DNA of 64,000 nt from Eledone cirrhosa (Eukaryota), in NCBI GenBank assembly GCA_964016885.1, contig OZ024762.1, positions 20,460,001 to 20,524,000 on the forward strand. Direction: 5' to 3'. Position 1 is the first letter of the stretch. Each line of letters opens with the position of its first letter. The position numbers and the translations under genes are program-made. Shown here piece after piece: positions 43,445 through 56,566 of the stretch. Below the pieces are notes generated by a model, which was not told the DNA's origin, did no database searches, and saw only the letters and a list, made by a program, of their open reading frames with translations.

Positions 43445-45220
43445 GCGGAGCTCATAGTAGTGGAGACTTATGGTGTCCTTGGTCCTAGGACCACCTCCCT
43501 ACTCACCACCACCATAGGCACAGAGTTGGCTACCTGTAGCAGTGGAGACTTCTGGTGTCCTTGGCCCTAGGACCACCTCCCTACTCACCACCGGCACAGA
43601 GTTGGCTACCCGTAGCAGTGGAGACTTATGGTGTCCTTGGTCCTAGGACCACCTCCCTACTCACCACCGGCACAGAGTTGGCTACCCGTAGCAGTGTAGA
43701 CTTCTGGTGTCCTTGGCCCTAGGACCACCTCCCTACTCACCACCGACACAGAGTTGGCTACCCGTAGCAGTGGAGACTTATGGTGTCCTTGGTCCTAGGA
43801 CCACCTCCCTACTCACCACCGGCACAGAGTTGGCTACCCGTAGCAGTGGAGACTTCTGGTGTCCTTGGCCCTAGGACCACCTCCCTACTCACCACCGGCA
43901 CAGAGTTGGCTACCCGTAGCAGTGGAGACTTATGGTGTCCTTGGCCCTAGGACCACCTCCCTACTCACCACCGACACAGAGTTGGCTACCCGTAGCAGTG
44001 GAGACTTCTGGTGTCCTTGGCCCTAGGACCACCTCCCTACTCACCACCGGCACAGAGTTGGCTACCCGTAGCAGTGGAGACTTCTGGTGTCCTTGGCCCT
44101 AGGACCACCTCCCTACTCACCACCGGCACAGAGTTGGCTACCCGTAGCAGTGGAGACTTCTGGTGTCCTTGGCCCTAGAACCACCTCCCTACTCACCACC
44201 GGCACAGAGTTGGCTACCCGTAGCAGTGGAGACTTCTGGTGTCCTTGGCCCTAGGACCACCTCCCTACTTACCACCACCATAGGCACAGAGTTGGCTACC
44301 TGTAGCAGTGGAGACTTATGGTGTCCTTGGCCCTAGGGCTACCTCCCTACTTACCACCATAGGCACAGACCTGGCTACCTGTAGCAGTGGAGACTTCTGG
44401 TGTCCTTGGCCCTAGGGCTACCTCCCTACTTACCACCACCATAGGCACAGAGTTGGCTACCTGTAGCAGTGGAGACTTCTGTTGTCCTTGGCCCTAGGGC
44501 TACCTCCCTACTTACCACCACCACCGGCACAGAGTTGGCTACCCATAGCAGTGGAGACTTCTGTTGTCCTTGGCCCTAGGGCTACCTCCCTTCTTACCAC
44601 CATAGGCACAGACCTGGCTACCTGTAGCAGTGGAGACTTCTGGTGTCCTTGGCCCTAGGGCTACCTCCCTACTTACCACCACCATAGGCACAGAGTTGGC
44701 TACCTGTAGCAGTGGAGACTTCTGGTGTCCTTGGCTCTAGGACCACCTCCCTACTTACCACCACCATAGGCACAGAGTTGGCTACCCGTAGCAGTGGAGA
44801 CTTCTGGTGTCCTTGGCCCTAGGGTTACCTCCCTACTTACCACCGGCACAGATTTGGCTAACTGCAGGTGTAAGCCTCACGAGCTGGAATGGCTATTTCA
44901 GTGTGTCTCCTTCACCATCTTCTGGGGAAATGCCTTCTCTATTCTGTCCACTGGGGGTGTGGGGGCAGCCAGAATGAGGGCAGCCAAGCCATGGGTGGCC
45001 AGCGTGAGGCAACCAGCACATGGGCCCCCAGTTGCTCATAATAGTGAGAGATGGGGAGAGCAGGAGAGACGGAGGCAGTGACAATGGGAGTTTTGTTCCT
45101 TTGTGTTCGGACCTGGTGAATATGTCAGATGGGGAAAGCAGGACAGATGGAGGCACACACCACATGTTAAAGGAGGCCTTGACAGTGAGAGTTTGGTTCC
45201 TTTGTTTGGACCTGGTGTAT
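43445..45220 (+). mobile_element. Decayed CRE-like non-LTR retrotransposon 3' end (restriction-like endonuclease C-terminus)
   Basis: VETSGVLGPRVTSLLTTGTDLANCRCKPHELEWLFQCVSFTIFWGNAFSIL matches the recalled CRE motif vEt.G..gp.a..l...g..la.....p.e...l.Qr.S..i.rGNA.sil. Confidence 0.75.
43460..44870 (+). repeat. 18 x 76/79/82-bp GC-rich minisatellite
   Basis: GTGGAGACTT.TGGTGTCCTTGG recurs from 43460 to 44794. Confidence 0.97.
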
Positions 45221-45221
45221 A

Positions 45222-45715
45222 TCATCATCATCATCATCATCATCATCACCGTTTTACGTCCGTTCTTCCACGCTAGCATGGGTTAGACGGGTTGTCCTGT
45301 TGTGGGCAGTGTCTGGTCGGCTGACCATGCCTTGCTCATACAGGAACTGATCTGGCTTGATTTCTACAGCTGGATGCCCTTCCTAACACCAACCTCATTT
45401 ACAGTGAGTGCTGGGTGCTTTTTCGTGGCGCCTACACGTCCACTTTACAGTGTGGGCTGGGTGCTTTTTTGCCGTGGCACCTCCACGACCACATTGCGGT
45501 GGGGTGTGTGGGGGCATATTGTCTATATGCTTCAGCTTGTACCCATGGGAGGTCGGGTACTCTGTATTACTGCGTGACGCCAGAAGTCACGGTCGTGTGT
45601 CATCGCCTTGGAGAGTTGTAATTGGGTAAGGTCGGCTTTTATCACCTCATCCCAGGTCATCTTGGATCTCCCCACTCCGCGGTTTCCATCAACTTTTAGT
45701 GCTCTGCACCTTTTT
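45222..45715 (-). mobile_element. 5'-truncated RTE-clade LINE family E
   Basis: [60 protein letters not shown], 3' UTR and (TGA)n; copies 63428-63762(-), 52998-53230(-), 50668-50772(+). Confidence 0.88.
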
Positions 45716-45750
45716 ATGCATATATATATATATATATATATACTTATTTA

Positions 45751-45787
<37 letters not shown>

Positions 45788-45794
45788 TTATTTA

Positions 45795-45838
<44 letters not shown>

Positions 45839-45907
45839 TATATAAATATATATAGTTAAATAAGATAACAAGGATGATTGGTTACTCCTTCATTACGTTT
45901 ATTGGTT

Positions 45908-45993
45908 GGTGACGCATGTTTCGCCACTGATCAGCTCAAGGTTCGATTCTGTATCGATCTGACCTGATTCTGTAATCCGCAGCTCCTCAGACC
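45908..45993 (-). ncRNA. Hammerhead motif with long stem II
   Basis: GGT-CTGAGGA-GC..~58 nt..GC-GAAA-CATGC-GTC-ACC; lies between ~55-bp inverted repeats 45849-45903/46018-46072. Confidence 0.7.
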
Positions 45994-46168
45994 CCTTGTA
46001 ATGTTAATGGAAGAATGAATAAACGTAATGAAGGAGTAACCAATTGTCCTTGATATCTTATTTAACTATAATACACTCTGTATAGCTCTACACCTTCACA
46101 CTGAAGTGAACCTAAACATCGAGTGCTCTCCCAGGTGAACCTACAGTAACTCCAAGTTACACTCCATG

Positions 46169-46217
<49 letters not shown>

Positions 46218-46537
46218 TTAGAGCATTGGGCTTGCAATCGAAAGGTTATGAGTTCAATTCTCAGACCGGGTGATGTGTTGTTTCCTTGAGCAAGACACTT
46301 TATTTCACATTGCTCCAGTTTACTCAGCTGTAGAAATGAGATGATAGGGACTGGTGTCCCTATCATTCCACTGCAAAGTGGTCGTGGAGGTGCCACGGCA
46401 AAAAAGCACCCAGCACTCACTGTAAATGAGGTTGGTGTTAGGAAGGGCATCCAGCTGTAGAAATCAAGCCAGAATCAGTTCCCGTCCCACCCTTGCAAGC
46501 AGGGAAAAGTGGACGTAAAATGAAATGATGATGATGA

Positions 46538-46571
<34 letters not shown>

Positions 46572-47730
46572 TTACCACACCACATGTTAAAGAAATAGTT
46601 AAATGGTTCCTTTTGTTAGTGTCATGTTATTTAGTGCATCGAAATTGTCCCTTGTCAATGAATAGTATGACTTAAAGGTTCTTACATAGAATTAAGATGG
46701 AAGATTTTCTGTTTTCTTAAAAGACCCTTTTAGAGCAAGCTTGTAACTGATTGATATTTCTGTTGTTGTGTTTTGAGGGGTTTGCTTCTTTCTAACTTAC
46801 ATGATTTGGTTCATGTTTTTTAGGGGTTTTGCTTTTGCTTTTGTTGTTATTTTTAGGGGTTTTCTTTTGTTTTTTGTTGTTTTTTGTTATTCTTAATATT
46901 TATCTATTTATTAATTTATATAAAATAAATATAAGAACAGTAATGTTTTCTGGGTAAAATTTTATTTCCGAAGGAGATAAAATAAATATAGAGAAAGATA
47001 GAAATTTTAGCAAATAAATGTGATAATAAAAGATGTAATTGAGTTGTAAAACTACTTCAATTTGTTGTTTGTTGTGGTTGTTGTTGGTGTTGTTGTTGTT
47101 ATTGTTATTACTGGTGTTGTTGGTGTTGGTGTTGTTGTTATTGTTGTTTGTATCATTGTTACTGGTGTTGTTGGTGTTGGTGTTGCTTGTTGGTGTTGTT
47201 ATTGTTGGTTGCTGTTGGTGTTGTTATTGTTGTTGTAGCTGTTATTATTGTTTGTATCATTGTTACTGGTGCTGTTGGTGATGGTGTTTGGTGTTGTTAT
47301 TGTTGTTGTTGTTGTTGGTGTTGTTATTGAGGTTGTTGGTGTTGTTATTGTTGTTGTTGGTGTTGTTATTATTGTTGTTGGTGATGATGTTATTGTGGTT
47401 GTAGTTGTTGGTGGCGTTGTTATTGTTGTTGTGGTTGTGGTTGGTGGAGTTGTTATGGTTGTTGTTGGTGTTGTTATTGGTGGTGGTGGTGTGGTTGTTG
47501 GTGGTGTTGTTGAGGAAATCATTGAATAAGAAAGAGAGAGAGGGTGGGGGGAGAAAATAAAAGACATTATTAAGTTTTCTGCAAAAGAGAGGCAACCATT
47601 TTGTGTGGAGAGAGAGCAGGGGGGGGGGGAAACAATAGTAAAATGAGGTGGAGAAAAATATATATATATATATATATATACACGTGTTTGTGTGTGTGTA
47701 TACATATATATATATATATATACGTGTGTT

Positions 47731-47768
<38 letters not shown>

Positions 47769-47799
47769 CACGTGTTTGTGTGTGTGTATATGTATACAC

Positions 47800-47896
<97 letters not shown>

Positions 47897-48411
47897 CACA
47901 TGGCTTAGTGGTTAGAGCATTGGCCTTGCAATCGAAAGGTTGTGAGTTCAATTCTCAGACCGGGTGATGTGTTGTTTCCTTGAGCAAGACACTTTATTTC
48001 ACATTGCTCCAGTTTACTCAGCTGTAGAAATGAGATGATAGGGACTCGGGTCCCTGTCATTCCACTGCAAAGTGGTCGTGGAGGTGCCACGGCAAAAAAG
48101 CACCCAGCCCACACTGTAAAACGAGGTTGGTGTTAGGAAGGGCATCCAGCTGTAGAAATCAAGCCAGAATCAGTTCCCTTCCCACCCTTGCAAGCAGGGA
48201 AAAAGCGGACGTAAAAATGAAATGAAAATGAAAATGAAAATATATATATATATATGTGTGTGTGTGAGCATATATACCTATGTATATATTAAATTATGTG
48301 CTAGGTAATCAAAATGTACAATGAATCTATATCTGTATATATGCAGTGTAGATACAACGAAGAATGTGTGAATGCGTATATAATTATATACAGAGTATTT
48401 GGATGGTTTAC

Positions 48412-48494
48412 CTTCTAAATACATGTATTTCCTGGTAAATTGAAATCTTGAACCAATTTTTGAAGTTTTTTGGATTCTCATCATATGTACATCA
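48412..48494 (-). CDS. Candidate internal exon, unknown
   Basis: ttctttgtggctgtttaag|TGATG...TTAGAAG|gtaaac; frame DVHMMRIQKTSKIGSRFQFTRKYMYLE; no homology recognised. Confidence 0.2.
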
Positions 48495-50184
48495 CTTAAA
48501 CAGCCACAAAGAAATATGTAACTAAGAGGCTTATATACCCTATCATGTATCATAAATGGATGTACTAATTTGCATATATGATGTTGGTAGTTAATTAAAA
48601 TATATATCAAGTTGTGTGATAAACAGCTGAACTATATCAACATCATACAATAAGATACAACAACATGCAACAACAACAACAACAACAACAACACCACCAC
48701 CACCACCAATATCAACAACAACAACAACAATATCAACAACACCCGCTTAAGATGTCAAAGACCAAAGAGTGTTACAGGAAGAACAAAAATCTTCAGAACT
48801 GACAGATAAAAACAATAACAACAACACCAGACAAGCCAACAACAACAATAACAACAGGCAAAACAACAACAACAAAGACAGACAAGACAACAACAGCAGA
48901 CACGACAACAACAACAACAACAACAACAACAGACAACAGACAACAAACAACAGACCAGACAAAACAATAACAGACAAGACAATAATAACAACAACAACAA
49001 CAGACAAGACAATAATAACAAGAACAAGAACAACAACAGACAAGACAATAACAAAGGCATCGAATTCAACAACAACAACAATAAATATAAAGGCAGCAAC
49101 AACAACAATAACAAAGACAAATAAAAAAAAATCAAAGACCAATACATGAAACTTACTGAAGTACAGTTTATTGTGATTGAGGGGGGGGGGGGAGAAAGGG
49201 AAAGAGAGATGACAGAGAAAGAGGGAGAGACATGTGGGAAGGGAGAGAGATGAGAGAGAAAGAGGGAGAGAAATGAGAGTAAAAGGGGGAGAGAGGGATG
49301 TGAGAGAAAAGGAGAGAGATGAGAGAGAAAGGGGGTAGAGAGATGAGAGAGAAAGGGGGAGGTAGAAAGGAGAAGAGAGAAATAGAGAGAGGTGTGAGAG
49401 AGATGAGAGAGAGATGAAAGAGAAAGGGGTGATAGAGTCATTGAGAAGTAGAGATGATAGAGAGAGAGAGAGAGAAATAGAAAGAGGTGTGAGAAAGAGA
49501 GAGAGAGAGAGAGAGATGTAGGAGAACATTTTATGAAGTAACATCAAAATCAGTTCTGCCTCTCCCCCATATCCCCTGCATCCACCCCTCATCATAATCA
49601 TGATCATCATCATCTCCTGTATATCTATGGTTACTGTTCCATGCAGTTTCAGACCAGACAGCTCTTATCTTTTGCCATCATTCTCACTCCACTCCACCCC
49701 ACTTCACTCATCTATCTTTCCCACTATGTCCACTCCTGTCTCTCCTCTCCACTCCACTCCTCTCAGCCATCTTTCTAATATTATGTTCAGTCAGCCATCA
49801 TTCCCAGTCTATGTACCTATTCATCTGTCTGCCTGACTGTCTATCTAGAGCTATCTATTTATGGATATTTACCAATGTATCTATCTTCGGACAAGAACAG
49901 CAATAACAAAAAATAAAGCACGAATCCTAATAGCAGTCCAAAGGTAGATAGAACAAAGTGAATGTAATTTAGTAGATGTATGTTTGATAATGATTAAAGA
50001 AAATATGGAAGAAAATTATTGTAATTGATTTAAATGAATGTAAAATGAAATACAGCAATGGTTGGAGTGACATGGCAGAGAAAGTCAAGGAAAATTGAAG
50101 ATTCTAATATTTTTACATTGAACATTGTAATCTAGGTGAAATTAAATAAAATAATTTTAATTTTAAACCGTCATTTTTGACACA

Positions 50185-50376
50185 CAAGGGGGTGCTGAAA
50201 AGTTCCTGGCTTTAGGTAAAAAAAAAAAAAAAAGGAGGAGCAGTTAATTATGATTTTATTCAACATATTCCTCTCTCAGATTCCACACTGCTGTGGTCCT
50301 ACCACACTGCTGTGGTCCTACCAGATCTATCCTTTCGTGATACCCTTAAAGCCAGAAAATTTTCAGCATTCCCTTG
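50185..50376. mobile_element. mariner-type MITE
   Basis: ~30-bp imperfect TIRs CAAGGGGGTGCTGAAAAGTTCCTGGCTTTA / TAAAGCCAGAAAATTTTCAGCATTCCCTTG; TSD degenerate. Confidence 0.7.
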
Positions 50377-50952
50377 TGTGTATATATATCATCATCATCG
50401 TTTAACGTCCATCTTCCACGCTTGCATGGGTTTGGACGGGAGTTTTCCGACTTGAGGCAAGATTGGTTGTCTTGCTCGCACAGGACTGTCTGGCGGGTTT
50501 TCTACGGCTGGATGCCCTTCCTAACACCAACCACGTTTACAGTGTGGACTGGGAGGTTTTTACTGCGTTACCTACACGGCCACATTACAGCGTGGACTGT
50601 GTGTTTTTTTGTCATGACACCTACACGTCCTCATTTGTTTCGGACTGGATGTATATATATATATATATATGAGCAAGGCATGGTCAGCCGACCAGACACT
50701 GCCCACAACAGGACAACCCGTCTAACCCATGCTAGCGTGGAAGAACGGACGTAAAACGGTGATGATGATGATATATAGTTGTTATATAGTAAGGTGTAAA
50801 AACGGTCCAATAAATTTTTGTTAGCAATATTAAGTTCTCTACGCTTTTATATATCTCCAATTCCATTCAAGGGAACAGCTAGATGATGTAAAACGGAGTA
50901 TAAGTATCAAAATGAAAATCCGAAGGCAAGGTAAAATTTCCAATCATTTTAA

Positions 50953-51026
50953 TCACGACACATGTTTCAATAAGAGATAGATTGATCGTGAAGCCATGAT
51001 CGATTATCACTGATCTCGTCAGGTGA
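50953..51026 (-). ncRNA. Type I hammerhead ribozyme motif
   Basis: TCAC-CTGACGA-GAT..long imperfect stem II..ATT-GAAA-CATGT-GTC-GTGA. Confidence 0.75.
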
Positions 51027-51095
51027 AAATGAATTGTCTTCAAATTCTTGATATGAGGGGGAAAATTAGCAATGTTCACTCACAGAGTTTATTCC

Positions 51096-51132
<37 letters not shown>

Positions 51133-51204
51133 GTCCTCAACAGTTAGTTCACCATTACTGAGAACAATTGTTTCACCTTATTCGGATCATCAGCTCAGTT
51201 TAAA

Positions 51205-51243
51205 CGAGCTGATGATCCGAATAAGGTGAAACAATTGTTCTCG
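51205..51243 (+). ncRNA. Minimal hammerhead motif inside fold-back 51138-51264
   Basis: CGAG-CTGATGA-TCCGAATAAGGT-GAAA-CAATTG-TT-CTCG; palindromic stem III ACAATTGT; degenerate sister at ~56868-56915(-). Confidence 0.75.
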
Positions 51244-51652
51244 GAAATGGTGAACTAACTGTTGTGTAACTACTTCTACCAAACTCGTCCCATGGACTGA
51301 GTGCTCTACTACTACTGATATAACCCACCAGTGTTCTACTATTATATATATATGAAACTAATATATTTCTTCAATGTACTGTATCATTTACTTTGTTATT
51401 TCTTTTTACCTTTTACACACACATAATATATGTATGTATCTATGTATGTATGTATGTATGTATGTATGTATATGTAAAGGGTAAACAGAAATAACAAAAC
51501 AAATGACAGTCCATGGAAGAAATATATTAGTTTAAAGCTTGAAATAGCAAGAAGAGAATTTTTATGTTTCAGACACTAGTCCTTCATCAGAAGGATAGAG
51601 TTAGAAATAGACGATAAAGTAAAGAAAATAAAGAGTGATAAGAGGAAGCAAC

Positions 51653-51772
51653 GGAAAATGTTTCACCCCGACGGCAGAGCTCAAGCCGTTTCGACGAATA
51701 TTTCTGGACTGTTTAGTCCAGAAATAGCCGTCGAAACGGCTTCAGCTCTGCCGTCGGGGTCAAACATTTTCC
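51653..51772. repeat. Imperfect fold-back inverted repeat
   Basis: GGAAAATGTTTCACCCCGACGGCAGAGCT...AGCTCTGCCGTCGGGGTCAAACATTTTCC; family also at 9540-9635 and 52105-52540. Confidence 0.85.
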
Positions 51773-52853
51773 TATTACCCACTCTACTACCCTAAGTATT
51801 GAGTACTCTGGTGCGTTATGGTCCATCTGGTTCCTTACCACAACTCCTTTCATCATCATCATCATCATCATCATCATTTTACGTCCGCTTTTCCCTGCTT
51901 GCAAGGGTGGGACGGTTCTCATTCAGCACAGCATCTCTCCACTTGTCACGGTCCTTCGTCATCTCCACCGTGAGCTTCAGCGATCTGAGGTCTGTTCTCA
52001 CCACCGCTGCCCATGTTTTTCGTGGTCTACCTCTACCACGTCTTCCTTCAACTGGCATTTCCTGGCACTTCTTCACTCATCGGTCATCCTCCATGCACAT
52101 CACATCCGGCCCTTTTCGACAGCTAGATCCGAACTAATCCAGCAGTATTAGAACGGCGGGAATCTAGCTGAACTTACCAAGGGGTACAATCCATATATGG
52201 GCATGCAGTCAAAACAAAAAAAGCAGAAATATCAAATCAAACAATCCTAAAAATTTGTTGTTTTTCTTGTCTGTCACAGCGAGTGGTCAATGATTTTGGG
52301 ATGTCATGTACGTGGTTAAATTCCTTCATAGCTAGATTCCCCTCGTTCTAATACTACTCGCTAAGTTCAGATCTAGCTGTCGAAATGGCTAGAGCTCAGC
52401 CATCGGGATCCTGACTCTTTTCCTATTACCCACTCTACTACTCTAAGTATCGAGTACTCTGGTGTATTATGGTCTACCTGGTTCCTTACCACACTCTGTT
52501 ATATATATATAACAAAGAGGGTGTGGTAAGGAACCAAGGTTTTTTTACAAAGTGAAAAAAAAAACGAGGTGTCCTACACGAGTGAAAGTATAAGGAAAAA
52601 AGATGAAATCGAAAATGCAACTTTAAAAAAAAATATATATTTATTTGGTTCCTTTACCGGTTTCGCAATTCTTCTGCTTTTCAAAAGTAGAATTAAGATG
52701 GAGGGTCTGTGGTTTTTCTCACATATATATATATATATCCAGGGTGTGTAAAGCAAAGTTACTGTAGGTTCACCCAGGTGAGCACCCAACATTTAGGTTC
52801 ATGTCGGTATCGAGGTGTAGAGCTAGACAGAGTGTAGTCATTACTACCACAGA

Positions 52854-52938
52854 GGTCCGACGAGCCATTGATTACAGAGTCGGTCTAGATCAATACAGAT
52901 CGAATCTTGAGCTGATCAAAAGCGAAACGTGTGTCACC
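52854..52938 (+). ncRNA. Hammerhead motif with long stem II, U4C variant (sister of 45908-45993)
   Basis: GGT-CCGACGA-GCCATTGATT...GC-GAAA-CGTGT-GTC-ACC, followed by the same AACCAATAAACGTAATGAAGGAGTAACCA flank. Confidence 0.65.
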
Positions 52939-53251
52939 AACCAATAAACGTAATGAAGGAGTAACCATTCTTCCTTGTTTTATTATATATATATATATCA
53001 TCATCATCATCATCATCATCACCGTTTTATGTCCGTTCTTCCATGCTAGCATGGGTTAGACGGGTTGTCCTGTTGTGGGCAGTAGCCGGTCGGCTGACCA
53101 TGTCTTGCTCATACTGGAACTGATTCTGGCATGATTTCAACAGCTAGATGCCCTGCCTAACACCAACCTCATTTATAGTGAGTGCTGGGTGTCTTTTTTC
53201 CGTGGTGCCTGCACATCCACTTTACAGTGCATATATATACATATATATACC

Positions 53252-53329
<78 letters not shown>

Positions 53330-53933
53330 ACTGGATGTTAATATATTTAGTACTTCACAGATGGAAAGAATGAAGGAAAGAGAGAAAGCAACTATAAAAG
53401 ATTGATATTTTTCTAAAGCCATAGAAATCAGAAATATTCTGGTGGATTCTAAAATCTTATCTCCAGGGTTTCATTTATTATTTAGTTTGATTTTTGTAGT
53501 TGCAATTCTTAATGTTTTGACTTAAAATTTTATTTTCGTATTTTTATTTTTTCCACTTAACAAATTCATTATGACTTTTTATTTTTATATATTGTTTTTA
53601 TATTTTTTCATTGTTGTTTTTGTTATTGTAAACTCAATTTTATTGTAAACCCCACCTCACTGTCACTGTCTTTGTATTGTCCCCTATGTGTCGGCCCTTG
53701 AGGCCAATAAATAAATTATTATTATTATTATTATTATTATTTTGAATTTTATTTTATTTTTATTTATTTATTGCCAAAAGGACTTTTAATCCATCATTTG
53801 TTCCTTACATTTCTTGGAAACCTGAACCACAGAAGTTTTAATTTTTTTATTTTACTATTATCATTATTATTATTATTTATTTATTTATTTATTTCAGCCT
53901 CAATCCTCTCAACTGAGTGAACTTGGCACAAAC

Positions 53934-54010
53934 ATGGCCTTGGAAATTATTTCACTCTCCATAATAATATTTTATTTAATGTCTTCAATGTTGTTTTTTT
54001 CTCCAGGCAG
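53934..54010 (+). CDS. Candidate first coding exon with signal-peptide-like sequence
   Basis: Acceptor ttttatttcag|(53898), start context AAACATGG, MALEIISLSIIIFYLMSSMLFFSPG+AG|gtacaa (phase 2). Confidence 0.33.
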
Positions 54011-54693
54011 GTACAAACCCTTTTCTCTCTAATTTTTTTTTCTCTATTATTCATTTTCTTCTGCAAGTATTCACATTGTTTCCTTCCTAAATTGGGTTCC
54101 ATGAATAGCAGAAAAAAATCTTTAGGGTTCTGCGAGATAAGGTGTCTTTTGAATAAAATCTAATAAATATTTATTATTTATTTTTCTGCAACCATTAACA
54201 AGGCTTCCTAAAATGGCTTCCATGAAAAAATCTCTGGGGTTCTCTGAGATAAAGTGCCTTTTAATCCCCTTAATGATGATATTTCCAATGAAACACACTG
54301 GATATCAATTATCGGATGAAGAATTTGAAGGGATTTACTAAAATTATCGATTATTTCATTATTAAGACAGTATTTGTGAATAGTTCAATGGAGTATGGTT
54401 AGACAGTTCAGTGCTTTGGCTACAGAGTGATGATTAAAAATAGAGTCACGTCTCTAGCAAGACAAACATTCTGTGAGAGATGTAATCAAAGATGCATGAC
54501 AAGATAAATAAATAAATATATAAATCATGGGCAGAGGTGGTGAGAGCTGACCTCAGATTGCTGAAGCTCACGGAGGAGATGATGAAGGACCGTGACAAAT
54601 GGAGAGATGCTGTGCTGAATAGGACCCATCCCACCCTTGCAAGCAGGGAAAAGCGGACGAAAATGATGATGATGTTGATGATATATACATATA

Positions 54694-55355
54694 CAGTTGT
54701 TCCCCTGGTATTTGTGAGGGTTATGTTCCTAGAGCACCCTTAACCCTTTAGTGTTTAAACCGGCCAAAACCGGCCAGAGTTCTCTACCTCTTTCTGTTGA
54801 AACTGGCTGTAACTGGTCACTCAAACTGATGTTAAGGTATTGTTTTCAAAATAAATACTTTCAAAATCTCATAGGTTCGATATTATGTGAGATAATTATG
54901 TGAGGTAAACCCTTTACCCTGAAAATATAATAGTATATATAGAGTAATGTGAATGTTATGTGAGATAATTATGTGAGGTAAAGCCTTTACCATGAAAATA
55001 TAATAGTATTTATAGAGTAATGTGAATGTTAAAGGGTTAAAGAGTGAAAAACTGCGAATATTGGATGTGGTCCATAAAAATGCCTATAGACGTCAAAATA
55101 AAATGTAAAATATAATTTAAAAAATAGGGACCCTCTTATGTGAAGGGGTGTCCTATAGGCTGGTAAATACAGTATATTGTTATTAATAATTTAGCATTAA
55201 AAAAATATATATTGCCTCAAAAAATACCATTAAAAAAATTGCGGAAAATATTTACAATTCCATAAATATGATGTGGTTTCCACGAACAATTATTAGTTAG
55301 GTTCTAGAGGAAAATTCTGTGAATAACAGGGGCTGCAAATGCCATTGGTACACTG
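54694..55355. mobile_element. Tc1/pogo(Tigger)-like non-autonomous element hosting a piggyBac-type MITE
   Basis: TA|CAGT...ACTG|TA ends with degenerate TIRs; TTAA-flanked insert at 54744-55036. Confidence 0.55.
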
Positions 55356-56423
55356 TATACACATATATATATATATATATATATAAACTCCGACCTCACA
55401 CACTTACACCTCTCCAAGACAATGTCACTGGACCGAGACCTTTGGCGGTACTCAGTAATAGAGAAGACCCGCCTTACCTAAATACATAGTAAAACCTACT
55501 ACAGTCAGTAGGCATCTCTCACAAAATACACCCCCGTCCCACCACCCCCACCCCATCCACACCGCCCCCTTCTATGTAAAGTTATGTTAGTGCCACACCA
55601 TCCAGGTCAAAACAAATGAGATCATGTAGGTGTCACGACAAAAAAACACACAGTCCACGCTGTAATGTGGCCGTGTAGGCAACACGGTAAAAACCTCCCA
55701 GTCCCACACTGTAAATGTGGTTGGTGTTAGGAAGGGCATCCAGCTGTAGAAAACCTGCCAGACAGTCCACGCTGTAATGTGGCCGTGTAGGCAACACGGT
55801 AAAAACCTCCCAGACCCACACTGTAAATGTGGTTGGTGTTAGGAAGGGCATCCAACTGTAGAAAACCTGCCAGACAGTCCACGCTGTAATGTGGCCATGT
55901 AGGCAACACGGTAAAAACCTCCCAGACCCACACTGTAAATGTGGTTGGTGTTAGGAAGGGCATCCAGCTGTAGAAAACCCGCCAGACAGTCCACGCTGTA
56001 ATGTGGCTGTGTAGGCAACACGGTAAAAACCTCCTAGACCCACACTGTAAATGTGGTTGGTGTTAGGAAGGGCATCCAGCTGTAGAAAACCTGCCAGACA
56101 GTCCTATGCGAGCAAGACAATCACTCTTGCCTCAAGTGGGAAAACCCCCGTCCAAACCCATGCAAGCGTGGAACACGGACGTTAAACGTTGATGATGATG
56201 ATGATGATGATATAAAGTAGAAGGGATATTTAATTTTTTCCCCCAAATTTTCCATAGCGTCTAAAATAACGTTTTTTCAGCCCTTTAACGTAAACCTCAT
56301 TTGCATACTCATATTAATAATTTTAAATATCTATTTTCTCTCTTCACTTCACTTTCCAAGGATAACTTGAACCGTTAAGGTATATTATCCTTTGTTCATG
56401 TCAAATATTTATAAAACTTTTTG

Positions 56424-56485
56424 TATTTTATCTGATGATAGCGTACCAAAATTTTTGGTACCCTTGAAATATATATAATTGAATA
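56424..56485 (+). ncRNA. Hammerhead motif (relative of 10474-10539)
   Basis: TTTTAT-CTGATGA-TAGC GTACCAAAA T TTTTGGTAC CCTT-GAAA-TATATATA-ATTGAATA; same downstream flank ATAAATATGGTTTTATAAATATAGTTTCCATTT. Confidence 0.65.
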
Positions 56486-56522
56486 AATATGGTTTTATAA
56501 ATATAGTTTCCATTTAATATCC

Positions 56523-56566
<44 letters not shown>

